Notes under the pieces: model-generated
Seen by the model: only the letters and a program-made list of their open reading frames with translations
What the model was told of the DNA's origin: nothing
Database searches by the model: none
Assembly: GCF_009914755.1 (NCBI RefSeq)
Contig: NC_060934.1
DNA length: 64,000 nt
Strand: one strand, 5' to 3'
DNA from: the human T2T-CHM13v2.0 reference genome, Homo sapiens
Shown here: in pieces, positions 31,679 through 45,364 of the stretch
Layout: each line of letters begins with the position of its first letter
How positions within the stretch are numbered: position 1 is the stretch's first letter
Made by a program: the position numbers and the translations under genes

Positions 31679-33799
31679 TTGGATGGGTTCCAAGATAGCC
31701 AAATAGGAACAGTTCCGGTCTGCAGCTCCCAGCATGATTGACACAGAAGACAGGTGATTTCTGCACTTCCAACTGAGGTACCTGGTTCATCTCATTGGGA
31801 CTTGTTGGAGAGTGGGTGCAGGCCCACGGAGGGTGAGCTGAAGCAGGGTGGGGCATCGCCTCCCCGGGAAAGCACAAGGGGTTGGGGGATTTCCCTTTCC
31901 TAGCCAAGGGAAGCTGTGACAGACTACCTGGAAAAACAGGGCACTCCCGCCCAAATACTGCACTTTTCCCAAGGTCTTAGCAACTAGCAGACAAGGTGAT
32001 TCTCTCCTGTGCCTGGCTCAGTAAGTCCCACACCCATGGAGCCTTGCTCACTGCTAGCGCAACAGTCTGAAATCCATCTGCAAGGTGGCAGCCTGGCTGC
32101 GGGAGGGGGGTCCACCATTGCTGAGGCTTAAGTAGGTAAACAAAGTGGCCAGGGAAGCTTGAACTCGGTGGAGCCCACTACAGCTCAACAAGGCCCATAG
32201 CCTCTAGACTCCACGTCTGTGGGCAGGGATAGCTGAACAAAAGGCAGCAACTTCTGCAGACTGAAACGTCCCTGTCTGACAGCTCTGAAGAGAGCAGTGG
32301 TTTTCCCAGCATGGTGTTTGAGTTCTGAGAATGGACAGACTGCCTCCTCAAGTGGGTCCCTGACCCCTGTGTAGCCTAACTGGGACACACCTCCCAGTAG
32401 GGGCTGACAGACACCTCATATAGGCGGCTGCCTCTCTTGGACGAAGCTTCCAGAGGAAGGATCAGGCAGAAATATTTGCTGTTCTGCAATATTTGCTGTT
32501 CTGCAGCCTCCACTGGTGGTACCCAGGCAAACAGTGTCTGGAGTGGAACTCCAGCAAACTCCAACAGATCTGCAGCTGAGGGTCCTGACAGTTAGAAGGA
32601 AAACTAAAAAACAGAAAGGAATAGTGTCAACATTAACAAAAGATCATCTAACCCAAAACCCCATCTGTAGATCAACAATATCAAAGACCAAAGGTAGATA
32701 AAACCAAAAGGATGGGGATAAACCAGAGCAGAAAAGCTGAAAATTCTAAAAATCAGAGCACCTCTTCTCCTCCAAAGGATCACAGCTCCTTGTCAGCAAT
32801 GGAACAAAGCTGGACAGAGAATGACTTTGACGAGTTGACAGAAGTAGGCTTCAGAAGGTTGGTAATAAGAAACTTCTCCGAGCTAAAGGAGGACGTTGGA
32901 ACCCATTGCAAGGAAGCTAAAAACCTTGAAAAAAGATTAGACGAAAGGCTTACAAGAATAAACAGTGTAGAGAAGACCTTAAGTGACCCAATGGAGCTGA
33001 AAACCATGGCATGAGAACTTTGTGACGCATGCACAAGCTTCAATAGCCGATTCAATCAAGTGGAAGAAAGGGTATCAGTGATTGAAGATCAAATAAATGA
33101 AATAAAGTGAGAAGACAAGGTTGAGAAACAAGAGTAAAAAGAAATGAAGAAAGCCTCCAAGAAATATGAGACCATGTAAAAAGACCAAATCTACATTTGA
33201 TTGGTGTACCGGAAAGTGATGAGGAGAATGGAACCAAGTTGGAAAACACTCTGTAGGATATTATCCAGGAGAACTTCCCCAATCTAGCAAGGCAGGCCAA
33301 CATTCAACTTCAGGAAATACAGAGAACAACACAAAGATACTCTTTGAGAAGAGCAATTCCAAGACACATAATTGTCAGATTCACCAAGGTTGAAGTGTAG
33401 GAAAAAGTGTTAAGGGCAGCCAGAGAGAAAGGTCAGGTTAGCCACAAAGAGAAGCCCATCAGACTAACAGCTGATCTCTTGGCAGAAACCCTACAATCCA
33501 GAAGAGAGTGGGGGCCAATATTCAACATTCTTAAAGAAAATAATTTTCAAACCAGAGTTTCATATCCAGCCAAACTAAGCGTCATAAGTGAAGGAGAAAA
33601 TAAAATTCTTTACTGACAAGCAAATGCTGAGAGATTTTGTCACCACCAGGCCTGCCTTACAAGAGCTCCTGAAGGAAGCACTAAACATGGAAAGAAACAC
33701 CCGGTACCAGCCAGTGCAAAAACATGCCAAGTTGTAAAGAACATCAATGCTAGGAAGAAACTACATCAATTAACGGGCAAATAACCAGCGAATATCATA

Positions 33800-34537
33800 A
33801 TGACAGGATCAAATTCACACATAACAATATTAACTGTAAACATAAATGGGCTAAATGCCCCAATTAAAGGACACAGACTGGCAAATTGGATAAAGAGTCA
33901 AGACCCATCAGTGTGCTGTATTCAGGAGACCAATCTCATGCGCAAATTCACACATAGGTTCAACATAAAGGGATGGAGGAAGATCTACCAAGAAAATGGA
34001 AAACAAAAAAAGGCAGGGGTTGCAATCCTTGTCTCTGATAAAACAGACTTTAAACCAACAAAGATCAAAAGAGACAAAGAAGGCCATTACATAATGGTAA
34101 AGGGATCAATGCAACAAGAAGAGCTAACTATCCTAAATATATATGCACCTAATACAAGAGCACCCAGATTCATAAAGCAAGTCCTTAGAGACCTACAAAG
34201 AGACTTAGATTCCCACACAATAATAATGGGAGACTTTAACACCCAACTGTCAATATTAGAAAGATCAACAAGGCAGAAGGTTAACAAAGATATCCAGGAC
34301 CTGAACTCAGCTCTGCAACAAACAGACCCAATAGACATCCACAGAACTCTCCACCCCAAATCAACAGAGTGTACATTCTTCTCAGCACCACATCTCACTT
34401 ATTCTAAATTTGACCACATAATTGGAAGTAAAGCACTCCTCACCAAATGTAAAAGAACAGAAATCACAACAGACTGTCTCTCAGACCACAGTGCGATCAA
34501 ATTCGAACTTAGGATTAAGAAGCTCACTCAAAACTGA
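33800..34537 (+). pseudogene. L1 ORF2 endonuclease domain, open for 245 codons
   Basis: ORF track; NING, IQET, NIYAP, GDFN, DH and SDH motifs. Confidence 0.85.
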
Positions 34538-37500
34538 ACAACTACATGGAAACTGAACAATTTGCTCCTGAATGACTACTGGGTAAATAACAAAATGAAG
34601 GCAGAAATAAAGATGTTCTTTGAAACCAATGAGAACAAAGACACAATGTACCAGAATCTCTGGGACACATTTAAAGCAGTGTGTAGGGGGAAATTGATAG
34701 CACTAAATGCCCAGAAGAGAAAGCAGGAAAGATCTAAAATTGACCCCCTAACATCACAATTAAAAGTACTAGAGAAGAAAAAGCAAACACATTCAAAAGC
34801 TGGCAGAAGGAAAAAATAAGATCAGAGCAGAGCTGAAGGAGACAGAGACACAAAAAACCCTTCAAAAAAGCAATGAATCCAGGAGCTTGTTTTTTGAAAA
34901 GATCAACAAAATTGATAGACTGCTAGCAAGACTAATAAAGAGAAAAGAGAGAGGAATCAAATAGATGCAATAAAATGATAAAGGGGATATCACCACTGAG
35001 CCCAGGGAAATAAAAACTACCATCAGAGAATACTATAAACGCCTATACACAAATAAACTTGAACATCTGGAAGAAATGGATAAATTCTGGGACACATACA
35101 CCCTTGCAAGACTAAACCAGGAAGAAGTTGAATCTCTGAATAGACCAATAACAGGCTCTGAAATTGAGGCAATAATTAATAGCCCACCAACCAAAAAAAA
35201 GTCCAGGACCAGATGCATTCACAGCTGAGTTCTACCAGAGGTACAAAGAGGAGCTGGTATCATTCTTTCTGAAACTTTTCCAATCAATAGAAAAAGATAG
35301 AATCCTCCCTAATTCATTTTATGAGACCAACATCATCCTGATACCAAAGCCTGACAGACACAACAACAAAAAAAGAGAATTTTAGACCAATATCCCGGAT
35401 GAACATTGATGCAAATATCCTCAATAAGATACTAACAAACTGAATCCAGCAGCACATCAAAAAGCTTATCCACCACGATCAACTTGGCATCCCTAGGATG
35501 CAAGACTGGTTCAACATACGCAAATCAATAAGCGTAATACATCATATAAACAGAACCAAAGACAAAAACCACATGATTATCTTAATAGATGCAGAAAAGA
35601 CCTTTGACAAAATTCAACAGCCCTTCATGCTAAGAACTCTCAATAAACTAGGTATTGATGGGATGTATCTCAAAATAATAAGAGCTATTTATGACAAAAA
35701 CACAGCCAATATCATATTGAATGGACAATAACTGGAAGCATTCCCTTTGAAACCTGGCACAAGACAACGATTCCCTCTCTCACCACTCCTATTCAACATA
35801 GTCTTGGAAGTTCTGGCCAGGTCAATCAGGCAAGAGAATGAAATAAAGGGTATTCAATTAGGAAAAGAGGAAGTCAAATTGTTCCTGTCTGAAGATGACA
35901 TGACTGTATATTCACAAAACCCCATCATCTCAGCCCAATATCTCCTTAAGCTGATAAGCAACTTCAGCAAACTCTCAGGATACAAAATCAATGTGCAAAA
36001 ATCACAAGCATTCCTATACACCAATAACACAAAAACGGAGAGCCAAATCATGAGTGAACTCCCATTCACAATTGCTTCAAAGAGAATAAAATACCTTGGA
36101 ATCCAACTTACAAGGGATGTGAAGGGCCTCTTCAAGGAGAACTACAAACCACTGCTCAACAAAATAAAAGAGGACACAAACAAATGGAAGAACATTCCAT
36201 GCTCATGGATAGGAAGAATCAATATCGTGAAAATGGCCATACAGACAAAGATAATTTATAGATTCAATGCCGTCCCAATCAAGCTACCAATGACTTTCTT
36301 CACAGAATTGGAAAAAACAACTTTAAAGTTCATATGGAACCAAAAAAGAACCTGCATTGCCAAGTCAATCCTAAGCAAAAAGAACAAAGCAGGAGGAATC
36401 ACACTACCTGACTTCAAACTACACTACAAGGCTACAGTAACCAAAACAGCATGGTACTAGTGCCAAAACAGAGATACAGACCAATGGAACAGAATAGAGC
36501 CCTCGGAAATAATACCACACATCTACAACCATCTGATCTTTGACAAACCTGACATAAACAAGAAATGGGGAAAGGATTCCCTATTTAATAAATGGTGCTG
36601 GGAGAACTGGCTAGCCATATGTGGAAAGCTGAAACTGGATCCCTTCCTTACACCTTATATAAAATTTAATTCAAGATGGATTAAATACTTAAATGTTAGA
36701 CCTAAAACCATAAAAACCCTAGAAGAATACCTAGGCAATACCATTCAGGACATAGGCATGGGCAAGGAATTCATGACTAAAACACCAATAGCAATGGCAA
36801 CAAAAGCCAACATTGACAAATCAGATCTAATTAAATTCAAGAGCTTCTGCATAGCAAAAGAAACTACCATCAGAGTGAACAGACAACCTACAGAATGGGA
36901 GAAAATTTTTACAATCTACCCATCTGACAAAGGGCTAATATCCAGAATCTACAAAGAACTTAAACAAATTTATATGAAAAAATCAAACTACCCCATCAAA
37001 AAGTGGGCAAAGGGTATGAACAGACACTTCTCAAAAGAAGACATCTATGCAGCCAACAGACACATGGAAAAATGCTCATCACCACTGGCCATCAGAGAAA
37101 TGCAAATCAAAACCACAATGAGATACCATCTCACACCAATTAGAATGGCGATCATTAAAAAGTCAGGAAGCAACATGTGCTGGAGAGGATATGGAGAAAT
37201 AGGAACACTTTTACAGTGTTGGTTGGAGTGTAAACTAGTTCAATCATTGTAGAAGACAGTGTGGCAATTCCTCAAGGATCTAGAACTAGAAATACCATTT
37301 CACCCAGCCATCCCATTACTGGGCATATACCCAAAGGATTGTGAATCATGCTGCTATAAAGACACATGCACACGTATGTTTATTGCGGCACTATTCACAA
37401 TAGCAAAGACTTGGAACCTACCTAAATGTCCATCAATGATAGACTGGATTAAGAAAATGTGGCACATATACACCATGGAATACTATGCAGCCATAAGAAG

Positions 37501-38079
37501 GATGAGTTCATGTCCTTTGTAAGGACACGGATGAAGCTAGAAACCATCATTCTGAGAAAACTATCGCAAGGACAGAAAACTAAACACCACATGTTCTCAC
37601 TCATAGGTGGGAATTGAACAATGAGAACACTTGGACACAGGGTGGGGTACATCACACACTGGGGCCTGTCATGGAGTGGGGGGAGGGGGAATAGCATTAG
37701 GAGATATATCTAATGTAAATGATGAGTTAATGGGTGCAGCACACCAACATGACACATGTATACATATGTAACAAACCAGCACATTGTGCACATGTACCCT
37801 AGAACTTAAAGTATAATAATAGAAAAACTATGACACTCTCCTACTTACCATATCTGTAGAAAAATTATAAATTTTAGATAACCATCCAGAGATATTTCTC
37901 TAATTCTTGGAAAAAATATCAACATTGAAAACATCAAAAAAAATTAAACAGCTCTTTTTTCATCCAAAAAAAAAGAACAATAGAGAATCCTCCCTAAGTC
38001 ATTTTATGAGGCCAACATCATCCTGGTACCAAACCCTGGCATTGACACAACAAAAAAAGAGAATTTTAGACCAATATCC

Positions 38080-39099
38080 TTGATGAACATCGATGCAAAA
38101 ATCCTCAATAAAATACTGGCAAACCAAATCCAGCAGCACATCAAAAAGCTTATCCACCACGATCAAGTGGGCTTCATCCCTGGGATGCAAGGCTGGTTCA
38201 ACATAGGCAAATCAATAAACGTAATCCATTACATAAACAGAACCAAAGACAAAAACCACATGATTATCTCAATAGATGCAGAAAAGGCCTTTGACAAAAT
38301 TCAACACTCCTTCATGCTAACAACTCTCAATAAACTAGATATTGATGGGACGTATCTCAAAATATTAAGAGCTATTTATGACAAACCCACAGCCAATATC
38401 ATACTGAATGGGCAAAAACTGGAAGCATTCCTTTTGAAAACCGGCACAAGACAAGGATGCCCTCTCTCACCACTCTTATTCAACATGGTGTTGGAAGTTC
38501 TGACCAGTGGAATCAGGCAGGAGAAAGAAATAAATGGTATTCAGTTAGGAAAAGATGAAGTCAAATTGTCCCTGTTTGCAGATGACGTGATTGTATATTT
38601 AGAAAACCCCACCGTCTCAGCCCAAAATCTCCTTAAGCTGATAAGCAAATTCAGCAAACTCTCAGGATACAAAATTAATGTGCAAAAATCACAAGCATTC
38701 CTATACACCATTAATAGACAAACAGAGAGCCAAATCATGAGTGAACTCCCATTCACAATTGCTACAAAGAGAATAAAATACCTAGGAATCCAACTTACAA
38801 GGGTTGTGAAGGACCTCTTCAAGGAGAACTACAAACCACTGCTCAACGAATTAAAAGAGGACACAAACAAATGGAAGAATATTCCACGCTCATGGATAGG
38901 AAGAATCAATATCCTGAAAATGGCCATACTGCACAAAGTAATTTATAGATTCAATACCATCCCCATCAAGCTACTAATAACTTTCTTCACAGAATTGGAA
39001 AAAAACTACTTTAAAGTTCATATGGAACCAAAAAAGAGCCTGCATTGCCAAGACAATCCTAAGCAAAAAGAACAAAGCTGGAGGCATCACACTACCTGA
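38080..39099 (+). pseudogene. L1 ORF2 reverse transcriptase fragment, open for 339 codons
   Basis: QGCPLSP and LFADD motifs; frameshifted near the end. Confidence 0.85.
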
Positions 39100-40525
39100 C
39101 TTCAAACTACACTACAAGGCTACAGTAACCAAAACAGCATGGTACTAGTGCCAAAACAGAGATACAGACCAATGGAACAGAATAGAGCCCTCGGAAATAA
39201 GACCACACATCTACAGCCATCTGATCTTTGACAAACCTGACAAAAACAAGAAATGGGGAAAGGATTACCTATTTAATAAATGACGCTGGGAAAACTGGCT
39301 AGCTATATGTAGAAAGCTGAAACTGGATCCCTTCCTTACATCTTATACAAAAATTAATTCAAGATGGATTAAAGACTTAAATGTTAGACCTAAAACCATA
39401 AAAACCCTAGAAGAAAACATAGGCAATACCATTCAGGCCATAGGCATGAGCAAGGACTTCATGACTAAAACACCAAAAGCAATGGCAACAAAAGCCAAAA
39501 TTGACAAATGGGATCTAATTAAACTAAAGAGCTTCTGCATGGCAAAAGAAACTGCCATCAGAGTGAACCAGGCAACATACAGAATGGGAGATAAATTGCA
39601 ATCTACCCATTTGACAAAGAAAGAATTCAAACAAATTTACAAGAAAAAAACAACCCCATCAAAAAGTGGGCAAAGATATGAATAGACACTTCTCCAAAGA
39701 AGACATCTATGCAGCTAACAGACACAAGAAAAAAAGCTCACCATCACTGGTCATCAGAGAAATGCAAATCAAAACCACAATGAGATACCATCTCACCCCA
39801 GTTAGAATGGTATTCATTAAAAAGTCAGGAAACAACAGGTGCTGGAGAGGATATGGAGAAATAGGAACGCTTTTACACTGTTGGTGGGAGTGTAAACTAG
39901 TTCAACCATTGTGAAAGACATTGTGGTGATTCCTCGAGGATCTAGAACTAGAATTACCATTTGACCCAGCAATCCTATTACTGGGTATATACCCAAAGGA
40001 TTATAAATCATGCTACTATAAAGACACATGCACATGTATGTTTATTGCGGCACTATTAACAATAGCAAAGACTTGGAATCAACCCAAATGTCCATTAATG
40101 ATGGACTGGATTAAGACATGTGACACATATACACCATGGAATACTATGCAGCCATAAAAAAGGATGAGTTCATGTCCTTTGCAGGGAGATAGAAGAAGCT
40201 GGAAACCATCATTCTCAGCAAAACTATCACAAGGACAGAAAACCAAACACCGCATGTTCTCACTCATAGATGGGAATTGAACAATGAGATCACTTGGACA
40301 CAGGGCTGAGAACATCACACACTGGGGCTTGTTGAGGGGTGGAGGGCTGGGGGAGGGAGAGCATTAGGAGAAATACCTAATGTAAATGATGAGTTGATGG
40401 GTGCAGCAAACCAACATGGCACATGTATACCTATGTATCAAACCTGCACGTTGTGCACATGTACCCTAGAACTTAAGGTATAACAACAACAACAACAACA
40501 ACAAACGTTTCTTCTACCAGATGTC

Positions 40526-40875
40526 CTCAGTCATCTCTCTCAATTTCAAAGTTCCATAAATCTGTAGGGCAGGGGCAAAATGCCACCAGTCTCTTTGCTA
40601 AAGCATAACAAGAGTGACCTTTACTTCAGTTCCCAACAAGTTGTTCATCTCCATCTCGGACCTCCTCAGCCTGGACTTCACTGTCCACGTCACTATCAGC
40701 AGTTTGGTCAAAACCATTCAACAAGTCTCTAGGCAGTTACAAACTTTCCCACATCTTCTGGTCTACTTCTGAGTCCTGCCAACTGTTCCAAACTCTGCAC
40801 ATTACACAGTTCCAAAGTCACTTCCACATTCTCAGGTATCTTATAGCAATACTCCATTACCTCAGTATCAAAATC
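40526..40875 (-). mobile_element. MST/THE1 internal sequence, right part
   Basis: gggcaggggcaaaatgccaccagtctctttgctaaagcataacaagagtgacc... Confidence 0.82.
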
Positions 40876-41439
40876 TGTATTAGTCATGGTTCTCTAGAGG
40901 GATAGAACTAATAGGATATATATATATATATGAAAGGGAGTTTATTAGGGAGAATTGAATCACACCATCACAATCGAAGTCCTACAACAGGCTGTCTGCA
41001 AGTTGAGGAACAAGGAATCTAGTATTGGCTCAGTCCGAGTCCCAACACCTCAAAAGTAGGGAAACCTACAGGCCAGCTTTGAGTCTCTGGATGAAGGCCT
41101 GAGAGCCCCTGGAAAACAACTGGAGTAAGTCCAAGAGTCCAAAAGCCAAAGAACCTGGAGTCTGATATTTGAGTGCAGGAAGCATCCAGCATGGGAGAAA
41201 GATGAGGGCAGAAGGCTCAGCAAGTCAGCTTCTTCTAACCTTCTTCTGCCTGCTTTATTCTAGCCATGCTGGCAGCTGATTGTATGGTGCCCACCCACAC
41301 TGAGGGTGGATCTGCCTTTCCCAGTCCACTAAATAAATGTTAATCTCCTTTGGCAACACCCTCACAGACACAACCGGGAACAATACTTTGGATCCTTCAA
41401 TCTAATCAAGTTGACACTTACTGAATATTAACCTTCACA
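40876..41439 (-). mobile_element. MLT2A-type (HERVL) LTR
   Basis: tgtattagtc..ggttctctagaggga..gaactaataggat ... atcaagttgacact...aatattaaccttcaca. Confidence 0.88.
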
Positions 41440-41529
41440 ATGTAATATTCATCCAATTTGTAACTTTTCTTTAATATACAAGCTCCTTGAGAACATGCAC
41501 CATTTGATCTTGTCTCTCTGTTGTGTTGG

Positions 41530-42112
<583 letters not shown>

Positions 42113-42695
42113 TGATAACAATATTTTTTGAAAGAAAGACAGATACCAATCATGAAGGAAAACATTTTCACAATTGACAATAAAAAAACTTTAACTTCTG
42201 AATGGTAAAAAGAGTGAGAAAATTAAAAGCCAAATCACAAATTGAAAAAACTAAAGTATATAAAACAAAGGTTTTCATTCTCAATTTAATGCAGAATCTT
42301 GACAAATCAAAAAGAACAAAAGGTGAACCCACCAAAAGAAATAGGCAAAAAACTTTCAAGAAAAGCAATTTACAAAATGCCAATGACGAATAAACATGGA
42401 TATTTAACAACACTAGTATTCAAAGTACTTCATTTATAGAGATCCCTCCTTCACCTATCAAATTAGCAAAGATGAAAAAGGCTAGTAATACCAAGTTTTG
42501 AAGAGAGGTGAGAGGAAATGACAAGTTTATGTACCCTGGTAGGATTTGATATTGTGGCAATATGTTTCAGAACACTCATAAATGTATATACCTTTTAGAT
42601 CAACAATTACACTTTTAAGCTTAAGAAAATATGAAGATTAGGTACAAATATTTCCCTATATGTTCTTCTAAGTATTATTTTTTTAATTAAAAAAA

Positions 42696-42978
<283 letters not shown>

Positions 42979-43208
42979 TAATTTAAAAAAATATTTTTAT
43001 AGCAGCACAACTAAGTATTATTTTAATAGTAAATATTGGAGTTAACTTTAATTTTGAACAGGATAAGTAATCATGATGCAGCACATTGAATACTCTTTCA
43101 TTAAGCTAAACAACTATTAAAAATGATATACAAATACATTTACTGAAAAGAAACATGTTTGTGATATACAGTTAAGTGTAAAACAATTCAGGTTATAAGA
43201 ACATATTA

Positions 43209-43536
<328 letters not shown>

Positions 43537-43552
43537 TTATAAGAATATTTGA

Positions 43553-43638
43553 CAGAGAGAGAGGGGTAACGGAAGGGAAGGGGGAGGGGAGGGGAAGGGA
43601 AGGGAAGGGAAGAAGGGAAAAAGGGAAGGGAAGGGAAT
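43553..43638 (+). repeat. Polypurine (GGGAA)n-like tract
   Basis: Seen directly. Confidence 0.85.
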
Positions 43639-44401
43639 ATGGGTGGATTTATATCAAAAGGTTCAGAAGGAAATGATTCTTTTCTTCTGGATGTGACTAT
43701 TGCAGATTTTTTTAACTTTTCCTCTTTTTCTTATTTATTTATATTTTCTTATTTTAAGAGAAACTATAAAACTATATATATTACTTTTCAACTTAAAAAT
43801 AGTTTAGTGCTTCAATAATACAGAAGACTCAAACATTGCAGATAATTAAAGCATTACTAAATGTGGAAATGTTTAGTTTCACAATTTCTGTAGTGATATT
43901 CAAGACCAGATATCACCTTGGGAATCAGAACTGGTGCAGGATCTTGTCCTAACACTACCAAAAAGGCATATGGCTGTCCCAGCTCTGTATGTTTATATTG
44001 TCTTATAATAGAGCAACCAGTTGTTTATTAGGATGGCCAAAAAGGCACATTTCAAAAATGCCTATTAAAATATTAGTAGTACAAATAATACTGCTGCTTA
44101 ATTTTTTCTAATGAGAACTGATAAAATTCAAAAGCAACATAAGCATATAAATAGTAATAATATGGTGTATCAAATTAATTGTCACATGATTATTAAAGTG
44201 AGATCATGTGTGTTAAGTAGTGGTATCTTAAGCCACTGAAATATCTTCCTTGGTCTGGAATGAGCTTTCTATGGAGATTAAAAAGATGTTAAATTGAACA
44301 GTCTTGGTTAATAAATGAAGAAGCAAAGCCAGAAACCCTGTTTAAAGAACTAACAAAAAAGGTCATGAATGATCTGGTGGTTGTTATATTTTCTTGTTTA
44401 C

Positions 44402-44576
44402 CCGAGAAGAAGACTATGCTCAAGCATGTATTGAATCCAGTGATAGCCAGAATGTCATCCATACTGCTAGCAGCCATTAGTAGGTTGGAATGTCTTCCTC
44501 AACACCATATCCATTTTCTTGCAACACCATCATGTAAAGGACAACAACAACAGGAGAGACAGCACCTAAAACAAAA
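44402..44576 (-). pseudogene. SLC9B1P: SLC9B1P exon 7 (frameshifted)
   Basis: FVLGAVSPVVVVLYMMVLQENGYGVEEDIPT, then a 1-bp deletion (~44481) gives TAC TAA. The original frame continues MAASSMDDILAITGFNTCLSIVFFS. Length is 175 nt where the splice phases require 176. Confidence 0.93.
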
Positions 44577-45364
44577 CTGAGAGAATGAAAATTAATTTAA
44601 AAGCATCTTTTTAATCAAGTAGTGTTTATAAGTACAAGTAGTTTATAATAAATTTATAACAAACATTGTTTAGAAGAATTTCAAATTTGAGTGAATGCAA
44701 TTTAATGGTGATAAAACTTTTCATGCATGGTTTAGTGTTAGCTAAAATTTTATACAGACGTGGTTTAAAATGTTGGCCTGAGCACAGGTTGCAGCCTTTC
44801 CCTCTATTCCTAAATCCTTTGAAATGAAGATGTAAAGGTAATAGAAAAATTCATAACCTAACAAGAAAGCAAAAGGTGAATCATCAATGGACAAGAAACT
44901 AAGCATATGCCAGAAAGATAAGAGACAGACAATTTAGGATTGAAAAAAGGAAACCATAAACCAAAATGTGTGTAAATAAGATTGCCTCAAAAGATACATG
45001 TGCTTCTAAAAGTGGTCCAAGCCCTGAAATGACAGGTGCTGGGAGCAGGAGAGACCTCTGGGGAAACCAAATAGTTGATTATTTGGAGTACCACTGTAAG
45101 AATGGTCAGACAAATCTACCTTCCACACATTTCCTACCTCTCGAGTAAATAAGTAAGTAAGGAAGGAAGGAACAGAGTTGTCTGCCCAAAAAAACAAGTG
45201 TGGCCACCTAAGTTACAAAGGCAAATGAGAACATTTCTGGAGTGGTTGATGACACCCATGAGGAATGGGGAGGCTCCTGCTCAGAATACCTTCTATTGGC
45301 ATATCTTATCCAGAATTTCACCCCATCTCTTCTACATTTACTTTATAAAGCGTGAAGTATATCC

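Larger units (their letters stand above)
31679..40507 (+). mobile_element. Composite full-length L1PA6-like element containing a second L1 3' half plus a transduction
   Basis: 5'UTR, ORF1 (32712-33738, broken), ORF2 from 33800, 3'UTR ending ~37820, spacer, ORF2 3' half again 37975-40480, (AAC)n tail. 18-bp TSD TTTCTTCTACCAGATGTC at 31661-31678 and 40508-40525. Confidence 0.93.

Noticed and set aside
32470-32506. 17-bp tandem duplication AATATTTGCTGTTCTGC in the L1 5'UTR
   Set aside because: Probably a subfamily feature of L1PA6-type 5'UTRs rather than locus-specific.
31679-37820. Retrotransposition-competent L1
   Set aside because: ORF1 and ORF2 both carry multiple stops and frameshifts, and the RT motif is mutated to SEDD.
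44475-44479. TAATG stop-start overlap allowing re-initiation at MAASSMDD
   Set aside because: Automatic by-product of the 1-bp deletion. No re-initiation element is evident, and the product would hit the exon 8 stop.
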